A DNA stretch of 48,262 nt, taken from assembly GCA_965368975.1 (NCBI GenBank), contig CBDUPA010000032.1, forward strand, positions 1 to 48,262. Direction: 5' to 3'. Below are positions 1 to 8,470 of this stretch, piece by piece (position 1 is the first letter of the stretch; the number at the start of each line of letters is the position of its first letter). The translations under genes were made by a program, and so were the position numbers. Below the pieces are notes generated by a model that saw only the letters and a list, made by a program, of their open reading frames with translations, made no database searches and was not told the DNA's origin. The stretch comes from an uncultured bacterium. Lineage in GTDB: Bacteria > Acidobacteriota > Thermoanaerobaculia > Multivoradales > JAHZIX01.

Positions 1-55
1 AGTCATCGGAAGCACATCGAGTTTTGGGGTCCGCATCAGGACAACCTGCGAGCCG
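1..55. repeat. Terminal direct repeat, left copy (contig circularisation overlap)
   Basis: 1-55 (agtcatcggaagcac...ctgcgagccg) is identical to 48208-48262; an ORF reads in frame across the join. Confidence 0.95.
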
Positions 56-426
56 AGTTTGTGTGGATCGCGATTCGTCGCTTCCCCGAGCGCTCGGGTG
101 ATGGCCTCTACTACGTGGCCGTCAAGCGCGGCGACAAGGATTATGCGATCGTGTCGTATGACACCTCCAAGCCCGCCAAGGTCACCAAGCGGAACGTCAT
201 GGATGAAGGCTTCGAGACATCGAGCGCGATGCTGGAGGCTTTCAAGGAGTATCGCCAGCTGGCCAAGGATGAGCGCAACGAGGCACGAGCCAAGGCCAAC
301 CCTCCGAAGGCGAAGGCCAAGCCCAAGGCCAGCCCGGCTGCCAAGAAGGCGACCGCTGCTGCCAAGAAGCGCACCACCAAGAAGCCACCGGTTCGGAGGA
401 AGGCACCTGCTCGCACCAAGAAGTAG
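1..426 (+). CDS. 3' part of Lys/Ala/Pro-rich putative DNA-binding (histone H1-like tail) protein that starts near the contig end
   Basis: Frame +1 open from base 1 to TAG at 424-426, continuous with the ORF at 48088; C-terminus PKAKAKPKASPAAKKATAAAKKRTTKKPPVRRKAPARTKK. Confidence 0.8.
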   Translation, partial: SHRKHIEFWGPHQDNLRAEFVWIAIRRFPERSGDGLYYVAVKRGDKDYAIVSYDTSKPAKVTKRNVMDEGFETSSAMLEAFKEYRQLAKDERNEARAKANPPKAKAKPKASPAAKKATAAAKKRTTKKPPVRRKAPARTKK

Positions 427-447
427 CGAGCACCAGCCGAGCGATGG

Positions 448-472
448 AAGCCTCACTTCGGTGGGGCTTTCT
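448..472 (+). terminator. Intrinsic terminator-like hairpin
   Basis: AAGCCTCAC-TTCG-GTGGGGCTT then TCT, UUCG tetraloop, 21 nt after the stop codon. Confidence 0.7.
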
Positions 473-532
473 CGCGTCTCCAGCGCAAAGGCTCGCTTGA
501 AATCACGAAGAGGGTTAAGCTGAGGCCTGGCC

Positions 533-628
533 CAGCCTCGGTTGGTGAGGGAGGGCTTCGGGACAAGCTTCCTGTGGGTGGCCAACTCCCGTAGCCAGCC
601 CGGAGCCTTCGCTCACCAGCCGAGTCTG
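533..628 (+). promoter_or_regulatory. Long imperfect RNA stem-loop in the leader of the replication operon
   Basis: CAGCCTCGGTTGGTGAGGGAGGGCTTCGGG pairs with CCCGGAGCCTTCGCTCACCAGCCGAGTCTG (~30 bp, several GU pairs on the + strand). Confidence 0.6.
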
Positions 629-654
629 ACACAGGAAACAACCGGGAGAATTTT

Positions 655-1644
655 ATGGCTACGGCACGTCGCTTCGTTCGCAACTCCGAGACTTCGCTTT
701 GGCGCGAGTGTCGGCTCAAATGGTATCTGTCCTACTACCTCGGGTTCCTTACAGACACCATCAATCCGAACTTCTGGCTCGGCACTCTGATACACCAAGC
801 CCTATCAGAATGGTACCTCGGTCGAGTCCAGCACCCAGCCCACTACTTCTGGTGGCTCGCTGAGGAGTCGATCACCCAAGAGCGTGGGTTCTCAATCTCG
901 ATCGATGGCAGTGACTTCGAAATGGACTACCTCGCAGATCTGGAGAAGTATCAGAAGATGGGCGTAGCGATGCTCGAAGGGTACCTGGAGTGGGCAGCCG
1001 AGCACCATAGTGACTTCGATGTTCTCGACAGTGAGCTTTCCTACTTCGTAGATCTGGTCACTCACCACGGCAGGCCATTCACTTTCGTAGGCCGGTTCGA
1101 TATGCTGACCGAGGACAGTGAGGGCTTGCGAGTCCAAGACTTCAAGACCGCCAAAGACTTCCGGGCGATCCAGACGGTGGACCAAGATCCGCAATTCAGA
1201 CGCTACCCTTGGATGCTTACCGAGGCCCACCCCGAGTGGGCTGATGATGTCGCAGGCTCGCAATGGATCGGCCTCAGGAAGATCATTCCGAGCAGCCGCT
1301 CCAAACCTCCTTACTTTGACACCGTCCCGATCGATCTCACCTCAGCGGAACTGGCTGGAGCCAAGCGTGAGGTAGTCTCCGAAGTAACCGAGATGTTGGT
1401 GGTAGAAGAAACACTGCAGGCTGGCACCAATACGGCTGACGTCATCTACCCGAGTCCAACCTTCGACTGCTCTTGGAAGTGTCAATTCTTCAAGAACGGC
1501 ATGTGCCAGTCTTGGCGGGCTGGTCTCGATGTCACAGAATACGGCAAGCTGCACGGCAGCTGGAACAACGATCCGTATGCCGAGTACAAAGACGATTTCG
1601 ATACTGCGGTTCTGACGATAGGTCGCAGGGAAGGAGGCGAATGA
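655..1644 (+). CDS. Cas4/RecB-like PD-(D/E)xK exonuclease
   Basis: N-terminal Cys (RECRLKW), GRFD...QDFKT nuclease motif, C-terminal CxxxCx7C (Fe-S staple pattern). Confidence 0.85.
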   Translation: MATARRFVRNSETSLWRECRLKWYLSYYLGFLTDTINPNFWLGTLIHQALSEWYLGRVQHPAHYFWWLAEESITQERGFSISIDGSDFEMDYLADLEKYQKMGVAMLEGYLEWAAEHHSDFDVLDSELSYFVDLVTHHGRPFTFVGRFDMLTEDSEGLRVQDFKTAKDFRAIQTVDQDPQFRRYPWMLTEAHPEWADDVAGSQWIGLRKIIPSSRSKPPYFDTVPIDLTSAELAGAKREVVSEVTEMLVVEETLQAGTNTADVIYPSPTFDCSWKCQFFKNGMCQSWRAGLDVTEYGKLHGSWNNDPYAEYKDDFDTAVLTIGRREGGE

Positions 1645-1862
1645 TGCCCAAAGTGGATGTCGCCACCATCGCCATCAATGACAAGGTGGCTTGGGTCGAG
1701 CACGACCGGCGCGGTGAGCCACACACTATCAAGGTCTACGAAAGAGGTGCGGGCGATACGAAGAAGATCATTTGGTCGGGAGAGACTTCGGACACAGAGA
1801 TGAGCCGCTCCATCTTCGTCGGCCTCTGCCACGCGCAGGTGACTCGATTGGGGACAACATGA
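1641..1862 (+). CDS. Hypothetical protein (~73 aa)
   Basis: GGAGG RBS, ATGA overlaps with both neighbours. Confidence 0.6.
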   Translation: MMPKVDVATIAINDKVAWVEHDRRGEPHTIKVYERGAGDTKKIIWSGETSDTEMSRSIFVGLCHAQVTRLGTT

Positions 1863-2782
1863 CCAGCAGAACATCGAGGCCAGTCAAGCGCCCGAGCAAG
1901 CCGAAGAAGTCCACCCGGGCCAAGGCTGGCAACGCAGCCGCGCTGGCAGCGATCGTGACTCTTGAGCAGCGCGAGGTGCTGAGTGGCCGGGCAGTTCTGA
2001 TCCATGCGCTTACGGGCGCAGGCAAGACGGTGCTCGCACTGCACAAGGCACCACGTCCGCTGCTGGTGCTCGACTGCGACAACGGGCTTGACTCCGTATA
2101 CGGGACCTACAAGTCTGATGAGGTCCACATCTGGCAGCCCGAGGATGGTCATGACTTCACCTGGCCAGACCTTGACAATTTCAGGGATTACGTCAAGGCA
2201 GGAGATTGGATGCTGCCCTACAAGACAATTGTGGTGGACAACGCCACGATGGCCCAAGCACCGATCATCGCCTGGTCGAATCAAGAGTTGATCGACCGAG
2301 CCGGATCCGATCCAGACAAGGTGGCAAAGATCGACCCTGACGTTCCATCGCAACAAGGCTGGGGCAAGATCTACCGGGTGATGGATCGCTGGGTCAGAGA
2401 TATCCGTGACGCGAAGCGCAGAGGGGTTGATGTCATCTTCACTGCGGGCACCGCGGAGTGGCTCGACCCGGGCGAAGGCTATGTCAAGCTCATGCCAGAT
2501 CTGGAGGGCAAGGTGCGAACCCGCATCGCAACCCACTTCGATGCAGTCGGCTACTTGGAGAATGACGATGATGGGCGCAAGCTCATACTCGGGCCTAGCG
2601 GTACCTTCGTCACCAAGGCTCGACTGCCGGTTGCGATGCATGGCAAGATGCCAGATGAGATCGAGGATCCGGACTACGTCTCGATGATGGATGCGGTCCG
2701 CATGGTTGAGAAGAAGGGAGCAAGGAGCAAGGCTACGGCAACGAAGAAGAAGACGGCTACCACAAGGAGCAAGAAAAGATGA
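1859..2782 (+). CDS. Sak4-like / AAA_24 recombination ATPase
   Basis: Walker A ALTGAGKT, LVLDCDNG, Walker B TIVVDN, QQGWG and FDAVGYL motifs; lies between a nuclease and an SSB-like gene. Start placed at ATG 1859. Confidence 0.8.
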   Translation: MTSRTSRPVKRPSKPKKSTRAKAGNAAALAAIVTLEQREVLSGRAVLIHALTGAGKTVLALHKAPRPLLVLDCDNGLDSVYGTYKSDEVHIWQPEDGHDFTWPDLDNFRDYVKAGDWMLPYKTIVVDNATMAQAPIIAWSNQELIDRAGSDPDKVAKIDPDVPSQQGWGKIYRVMDRWVRDIRDAKRRGVDVIFTAGTAEWLDPGEGYVKLMPDLEGKVRTRIATHFDAVGYLENDDDGRKLILGPSGTFVTKARLPVAMHGKMPDEIEDPDYVSMMDAVRMVEKKGARSKATATKKKTATTRSKKR

Positions 2783-3672
2783 CGACTTTCGGATACGACT
2801 TTACCGACACTGATGAAGGCATGGGCGACTTCGTGACGCTCACGCCCGGTCGGTATGTCTTCAAGTTCACGAAGGCAGAGAAGGAAACCTCGGGTGCGGG
2901 CAACCCCATGGCCAAGGTTTTCTTGGAGGTGGTTGGTGGCAACCCGAACTACATCGGAGGCACCATCACACAGTACTGGGTCACCTCGGGTGCCGGTGCC
3001 TTCCGATGGCAGGCATTCCTGAAAGCGCTTGGAATCAAGCTCAAGGAACGTGGCAAGGTCAACCTTGGCAAGTACCTCGGAGAGACGATCGGCGCGCGGG
3101 TGAGCTTGAAGGAGGGCAAGGACAAGAACGATGCTGGCGAGACCATGTGGTTTCACGAACTCGCAGGCATCGTTCCGGGCGATCAGATGTCCGATCTCCT
3201 GGCCTCGGTCGATGATGAAGATGAGGACGAAGTCGAGGATGACGATGAGGGTGAGGACGAAGGCTCTGAGGACATCATGGTCGAGGACCTTGCCGAGATG
3301 GGTCTGGCCGAACTCAAGGAGCTTTGCGAAGAGTTCGAGGTGAGCATCAAGCCCGACAAGGGCAAGAGCCGCATCACCGCAGCCGCGCTCCGCAAGCGCC
3401 TGGCCGAAGTCCTCGAAGCCGAGGAGGACGAAGAAGAAGACGATGAGGATGAGGACGATGGTGAGGAAGAACTCACTGTCGAGGACATCGAAGAGATGTC
3501 GCTTGCTGAGTTGAAGGAACTGGCGGAGGAGTACGAAGTCTCCATCAAGCCAGCCCGAGGCAAGAAGAAGATCACCTCATCCGTCCTCCGCAACAGGATC
3601 ATCGACGAACTCTTCGAGGAGGAAGACGAAGACGATGCAGACGATGCAGACGATGAAGAGGAACCCTTCTAG
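2779..3672 (+). CDS. SSB-like protein (DUF669-like N-domain) with acidic tracts and two helical repeats
   Basis: LTPGRYVFKFTKAEKETSGAGNPMAKV N-terminus, D/E-rich linkers, terminal EEPF typical of SSB tails. Confidence 0.7.
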   Translation: MTTFGYDFTDTDEGMGDFVTLTPGRYVFKFTKAEKETSGAGNPMAKVFLEVVGGNPNYIGGTITQYWVTSGAGAFRWQAFLKALGIKLKERGKVNLGKYLGETIGARVSLKEGKDKNDAGETMWFHELAGIVPGDQMSDLLASVDDEDEDEVEDDDEGEDEGSEDIMVEDLAEMGLAELKELCEEFEVSIKPDKGKSRITAAALRKRLAEVLEAEEDEEEDDEDEDDGEEELTVEDIEEMSLAELKELAEEYEVSIKPARGKKKITSSVLRNRIIDELFEEEDEDDADDADDEEEPF

Positions 3673-3684
3673 CTAAGGGTGTTG

Positions 3685-3746
3685 GATTGCTCTGGTTGCC
3701 CACTCAACCCGCCAAGAAGCGTGTTGGATTGGGCAACCGGGCGATC
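3685..3746 (+). promoter_or_regulatory. Intergenic RNA hairpin 1 upstream of primase-helicase
   Basis: GATTGCTCTGGTTGCCCA pairs with TGGGCAACCGGGCGATC. Confidence 0.55.
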
Positions 3747-3802
3747 TCACCGGAAAGGCCATCCATGCGGTACAGAGCACTACACGGCTTCTCGATTTGT
3801 GC

Positions 3803-3953
3803 ACCCCTATCGGGCGCGCATTATGCGTGTGAGGCAAGATCTCTCTCCCCTCGTGTGTATATGCGCGTGAGTGGCTTTGATTCCGTTGACAGTCGCGCAG
3901 GTTATGCGCGAGAGGAGAGAGATCTGCCTTACGCATTATGCGCGCATAGGGGT
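3803..3953 (+). repeat. ~150-nt imperfect inverted repeat (hairpin 2) upstream of primase-helicase
   Basis: ACCCCTAT..CGCGCATTATGCGT..AGGC.AGATCTCTCTCC..CTCGTGTGTA pairs with TATGCGCGAG..GGAGAGAGATCT-GCCT..ACGCATTATGCGCG..ATAGGGGT. Confidence 0.8.
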
Positions 3954-4023
3954 CTGAGAATCCTCGCATGCATAATGCATGGACGGGCACGCACGCACGT
4001 GCGCAATTGGAGGTCCCCAGCTT

Positions 4024-6798
4024 TTGGCTAAATATCGAACACGCTACGAACGGATCCTCGGTGAGCTTCCTGCTCCAAACGACATCGGAGAGGTGAGCAT
4101 CCTCTGCCCGTTCCACGAAGACCACAAACGATCGGCCTCGGTCAACCTCAAGAACGGATTGTTCTACTGCATGGCTTGCGAGGCCAGTCACAACTTCCCT
4201 ACCTTCAAGAAGTCCTACATCGCAGAACACGGAGAGCCAGACCGAGCGCTCACGCCGACCAGCGAGGACCGCTTCATTGATGACCAGACGATCCGAGACA
4301 TGCACTTCGCCCTCCTCGAACGGCAACCGCTCCTCGATCAACTCAGAGACCAGCGCGGCATCAGCATCAAGACGATTCGCAAATACCAGATCGGCTACCA
4401 CCCGCGTACCAAGCGGATTGCCATACCCATACGGGATGCCAAGGGAGTCTGCCGCAATGTCCGTCTGTACTCATTCACGGAGAAGGGGCAGCAGAAGATG
4501 TTGTCGTGGCAACAGGGGTACGGTTCGGCTCGGCTCTGGCCGCTCGACACGCTTCATGACGAACCCTACGTATTCCTGGCCGAAGGGGAAATGGACCGTC
4601 TCATCCTCGCTGACCGAGGACTCAACGCCATTACATCAACCGGCGGAGCCAAGACCTGGAAGAGTGAGTGGTCCGAACAGTTTGGAGGGCTGAAGGTCTA
4701 CGTTGCTTATGACTGCGACATTGCTGGCGAGGAGGGTGCGAAGAAGGCAGCAGCCTCGATAGCCGCGTATGCCAAGACGGTTCGAATTGTCAGGCTCGAC
4801 TTGGCCCAAGGCGAAGACGTTACCGACTACTTTGTGAACTACGGACTAGACGTCCCTGACCTGCGTAAGCTGGTGAAGGAATCACCAGTGTTCAAGAAGC
4901 CGATCACCAAGGAGGATGTCAAGAACGAAGCTGAGTGGACCACCCTCGGTATGTCGCTGAGTCCGCAGTTCCGGAAGACTGAGGTGATGATGCCGGTGAT
5001 CGTATCGGCTCGCAGGGATGAACGATTGCACTACCCGGTAGAGACCTCATTCTCCTGCGACCAATCGGCTGGCAAAATGTGTGGCGGCTGCGGGTTGCTC
5101 GGGGCAGGCGAGGCTACGGTACGAGTGGCTTCGACTGATCAAGGCCTCTTGGATTTCGTCGGCGTGCCAACCAAGAACCAGCACTCGATTGCCCGAGGTA
5201 GGGCTGGCATCCCATCGGCTTGCCGTGCTGTTGAACACGCAGTCACCGAGTCAGGAACCATCGAAGAGATCTTGGTCACACCCGAGCTTGATACGTCTGC
5301 GGATGCCGATTCACTCCACCTCGTTCAGCGAGCCTTCTACGTCGGACTCGGGCTTGACTACAATGAGAGCTACGTGGTTCGATCGAGGCCGACACCGTTT
5401 CACAAGACCTCGAAGATTGTGCACCACGTAGTCGAAGCTACGCCAGCGCATGACTCAATCGAGAGCTTCGAAATGACGGACGAAATGGCGGAGCGGCTGT
5501 CGATCTTCCAAGCCGAGCCTGGCCGCGCCAAGCGCAAGCTCTGGGAGATCGCTACCGATCTACAGAACCACGTGACTCGGATCTGGGACCGGCTGCCGAT
5601 GCACGTTGGCATGGACCTGGTGTGGCATTCGGTGCTCGAATTCTGGTTCGAGAACAAGCTCCAACGCAGGGGTTGGCTGGAGGTGTGCGTAGTCGGTGAC
5701 ACCAGGACAGGAAAGAGCGAAGTTGCCCACCAACTTCAGAGGCACTTCGGGTATGGGGAGCTTGTCTCAGGTGAGAACACTTCGTATGCTGGGCTGGTCG
5801 GTGGTGCGGTCAAATATGATGAGGCTTGGTTCGTGAAGTGGGGCAGGCTGCCGCTTAACGATCGGCGTATGGTCATCATTGATGAGGTGTCTGGGATGGC
5901 GGTCCAAGACATTGCACTGATGAGTGGAGTCCGGGAGACGGGCGTGGCCGACATCACCAAGATCGAGACTCAGAAAGCCAACGCCCGTACCCGAGCAATC
6001 TGGATTGGCAATGTGCGGGAACCCAAGACCGATCTCGGTGATTACGATTATGGATGCTTAGCGCTCGGTGACTTGATAGGGCAACCCGAGGACATCGCCC
6101 GGTTCGATTATGCGATGACCGCAGCCCGCGATGAGGTGTCATCCCAGACGGTCAACTCTCGGCATGACATCAAAGGGGAGCAAGTCTACACCTCGGAGTT
6201 GTGTGCCGATCTGGTGCTGTGGGCTTGGTCGAGATCGCGAGACCATGTGATGTTCGAACGCACCGCGGTGGATGCTTGTCACCGGGTGGCGATCGAGATG
6301 GGAGCCAGCTACTCTTCATCCGTACCTCTGGTGATGGCAGAAAACCAGCGTATCAAGCTGGCCCGAGTCGCGGTGGCGATCGCTGCTCGATTGTTCAGCA
6401 CGGATGATGGTGAGAATCTGATCGTCACCGAGGAGCATGTGGAAGCCGCTCGGGATCTGCTGTCGATGTTCTACGAGTCACCGAGCTTCGGCTACGCAAC
6501 GCTCTCCCGTCAGAAGATCGGCTTCGCTCGACGAAGGGCAGCCGCTCGCGATGAGGTGACGTCATTCTTGAATTCACGCCCGGCTCTGGCCGACATGCTG
6601 AGCCGATCGAAACTGGTCAACGTACGGAAGATCGCAGACTTCACTGGAGTCAGCGATGAGGAAGCGAAGGAGGTTCTTCGAAAGCTAACGAGCACGATGA
6701 TGCTCGAAGACAAGGGGAGTCACGGCTACGGTGTGACGCCAGAACTGAAGACAATCGCGGAGCAGGTTGTTCCGCTTGAATACGAGGTGTCCTTATGA
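4024..6798 (+). CDS. Primase-helicase fusion: CHC2 zinc finger + TOPRIM primase + MCM-type AAA+ helicase
   Basis: CPFHED...YCMAC; EGEMD and YDCD TOPRIM motifs; GDTRTGKS Walker A, IIDE Walker B, WIGN sensor 1, IARFD arginine finger. Probable TTG start at 4024 after GGAGG (ORF is open from 3979). Confidence 0.85.
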   Translation: MAKYRTRYERILGELPAPNDIGEVSILCPFHEDHKRSASVNLKNGLFYCMACEASHNFPTFKKSYIAEHGEPDRALTPTSEDRFIDDQTIRDMHFALLERQPLLDQLRDQRGISIKTIRKYQIGYHPRTKRIAIPIRDAKGVCRNVRLYSFTEKGQQKMLSWQQGYGSARLWPLDTLHDEPYVFLAEGEMDRLILADRGLNAITSTGGAKTWKSEWSEQFGGLKVYVAYDCDIAGEEGAKKAAASIAAYAKTVRIVRLDLAQGEDVTDYFVNYGLDVPDLRKLVKESPVFKKPITKEDVKNEAEWTTLGMSLSPQFRKTEVMMPVIVSARRDERLHYPVETSFSCDQSAGKMCGGCGLLGAGEATVRVASTDQGLLDFVGVPTKNQHSIARGRAGIPSACRAVEHAVTESGTIEEILVTPELDTSADADSLHLVQRAFYVGLGLDYNESYVVRSRPTPFHKTSKIVHHVVEATPAHDSIESFEMTDEMAERLSIFQAEPGRAKRKLWEIATDLQNHVTRIWDRLPMHVGMDLVWHSVLEFWFENKLQRRGWLEVCVVGDTRTGKSEVAHQLQRHFGYGELVSGENTSYAGLVGGAVKYDEAWFVKWGRLPLNDRRMVIIDEVSGMAVQDIALMSGVRETGVADITKIETQKANARTRAIWIGNVREPKTDLGDYDYGCLALGDLIGQPEDIARFDYAMTAARDEVSSQTVNSRHDIKGEQVYTSELCADLVLWAWSRSRDHVMFERTAVDACHRVAIEMGASYSSSVPLVMAENQRIKLARVAVAIAARLFSTDDGENLIVTEEHVEAARDLLSMFYESPSFGYATLSRQKIGFARRRAAARDEVTSFLNSRPALADMLSRSKLVNVRKIADFTGVSDEEAKEVLRKLTSTMMLEDKGSHGYGVTPELKTIAEQVVPLEYEVSL

Positions 6799-7262
6799 CT
6801 AGCAAACCAGGACGGCACATGTACATGGCCGCCGGATTTTTCAACGATGAACAACGGAGGCTTTGCAGCTTCATCGAGAGCTTCGAGACACCGGAGTTCC
6901 CGATCTACTCACCGCGGAACGACGGCTTCGTTCTCAAGCCAGATGCGACAGCGGAAGAGCGCCAAGAGATCTTCCTGTCGAACACCGAGGCCATCGACCA
7001 CGCAGCTTTCATGCTGGCTTGGATCGATGACTTCGACACCGGAGTGATCTGGGAGATGGGTTATGCCCACGCCCGAGGGTGCCCCATCTTGGCCTTCTCG
7101 ATTGTCGAAGGGCGTGGGCTGAACGTGATGCTAGCAGGTGCTTGCGATCTCGGGTTCATCAACGGACGTGACACGCTCCAAGGCATCCTCGGACAGCTTG
7201 GTCAGGGTCGCTTCATACAGCACCTGGCTCCAAGGAACACCTGGAGGGGTGAGATCCAATGA
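6795..7262 (+). CDS. Nucleoside 2-deoxyribosyltransferase / dNMP N-glycosidase family protein
   Basis: YMAAGFF, YSPR, IFxxNxxAI and DxGVIWEMGYA motifs. Confidence 0.85.
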   Translation: MTSKPGRHMYMAAGFFNDEQRRLCSFIESFETPEFPIYSPRNDGFVLKPDATAEERQEIFLSNTEAIDHAAFMLAWIDDFDTGVIWEMGYAHARGCPILAFSIVEGRGLNVMLAGACDLGFINGRDTLQGILGQLGQGRFIQHLAPRNTWRGEIQ

Positions 7263-7825
7263 CGCCGATACAGGAAGTCCTCTACGGAGACTTGAGACGC
7301 ATGTCAGACGTGTTCAGGTACTCGGCGCAGCCGGTGCTTCAGCGTGAGAACGTAGCAGAGCATTCATTCTGGACTTCGCTCATCGCGGTGACGATCGTTG
7401 CCGAGATCGGTGGCGACTACAAGATGATGGGAGATGTCGCGGTTCGCTCGATCTTCCACGACATTGAGGAGACCGGCACCGGAGATCTGGTGCGGGATAT
7501 GAAGTACTTCGATCAGGAGACAAGAGACGCCATCGGACGCGTAGAAGAAGTCTTCGCCGATCGTCTCTTCAGCAACTTCGGACCCAATGAGTTCATACTG
7601 AAGCACGTCTGGAAGACTGCCAAGGATGACAGCGTAGAGGGGAAGATCGTTGCGCTGGCAGACCTCTTGTGTGTACTGGCGTACTGCGAGCGGGAGCGCG
7701 TTTTCGGCAACTGCCACCCTGCGATGATGAGGATAAGGAAAGACTGCCGCACGCTCGTCCGGGACAAGTTCTCCGACAACACGGTGCTGTGGCCGATTGC
7801 TGAGGAGGCACTCAATGTCGAGTAA
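7259..7825 (+). CDS. HD-domain 5'-deoxynucleotidase (YfbR-like)
   Basis: RYS...ENVAEHS, FHDIEETGTGDL and VALAD motifs. Confidence 0.85.
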   Translation: MTPIQEVLYGDLRRMSDVFRYSAQPVLQRENVAEHSFWTSLIAVTIVAEIGGDYKMMGDVAVRSIFHDIEETGTGDLVRDMKYFDQETRDAIGRVEEVFADRLFSNFGPNEFILKHVWKTAKDDSVEGKIVALADLLCVLAYCERERVFGNCHPAMMRIRKDCRTLVRDKFSDNTVLWPIAEEALNVE

Positions 7826-8120
7826 GAAGCACTACACCAAGTACCGAGTATTCCGGGAGCCTGACATTGATTCACCGGGTGGCCACCCTGTAGACGTCAT
7901 GGCGAACTACCTGGCAGGCTTCGAGTTCGACACCGAGGGCAAGGGTGAAGTCTGGGAGCCGCTCGAAGAAGTCACTGACGGTATGTTCTTCGTTCTGCGC
8001 CCAACCAAGGACCACCACGCCCGGGTCGCACTGGCCGCGTATGCAGCCTCCTGCGCAAAGGAGCATCCGCTGCTGTCGGATGACCTCTTCGACATGCTGC
8101 ACGACTCAGGACCATCATGA
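7815..8120 (+). CDS. Hypothetical phage protein
   Basis: GAGGAGG RBS before ATG 7815; FFVLRxxKDxHARxALxAYA motif; translationally coupled. Confidence 0.65.
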   Translation: MSSKKHYTKYRVFREPDIDSPGGHPVDVMANYLAGFEFDTEGKGEVWEPLEEVTDGMFFVLRPTKDHHARVALAAYAASCAKEHPLLSDDLFDMLHDSGPS

Positions 8121-8470
8121 TCAGAACACTCGAAGAAGCAATGGAGGAGATCCGCACCGATCGAGGAAGCAACGATGGTGGTCACACCTTCAAGCGCCAC
8201 CTCGATCGCTACGGACCGGCTGCCTACTTCTATGAGTTGGCTGGGATCCTCGGCAGGCTTGAAGCGCTTCTCGCTGACCGAGGCAACATCGCCTGGCAAG
8301 AGGACTTCGAATGGGATCGTTGCTTTGATCTGCTGATCGATCTCGGGAACTACGACAAGTTCCTGTTCGAATGGCTTCAGTGGTTCCGTGACCAGATGGA
8401 GAAGGAAGCCGTCAGGAATCCGCCCGTGCACATTCCGCTCGGGGAGAGAATCAGCGAGGGGCATCCATAA
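8117..8470 (+). CDS. MazG-fold / DUF1599 (nucleotide modification-associated domain 1)-like protein
   Basis: All-helical pattern with RLxxL and DLLIDLGNY resembling the DTLxDLxNY motif; nucleotide-metabolism context. Confidence 0.5.
   Translation: MIRTLEEAMEEIRTDRGSNDGGHTFKRHLDRYGPAAYFYELAGILGRLEALLADRGNIAWQEDFEWDRCFDLLIDLGNYDKFLFEWLQWFRDQMEKEAVRNPPVHIPLGERISEGHP

Noticed and set aside
655-1644. Cas4-like gene as part of a CRISPR-Cas system
   Set aside because: No repeat-spacer array or other cas genes seen; nuclease-Sak4-SSB context indicates recombination.
3679-4031. ORFs 3679-3870 and 3687-4031
   Set aside because: Atypical composition, no clear RBS, and overlapping long inverted repeats; more likely non-coding.
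7259-8470. 2-aminoadenine (Z-DNA) pathway suggested by HD hydrolase plus MazG-like gene
   Set aside because: No PurZ/adenylosuccinate synthetase homologue anywhere in the genome.
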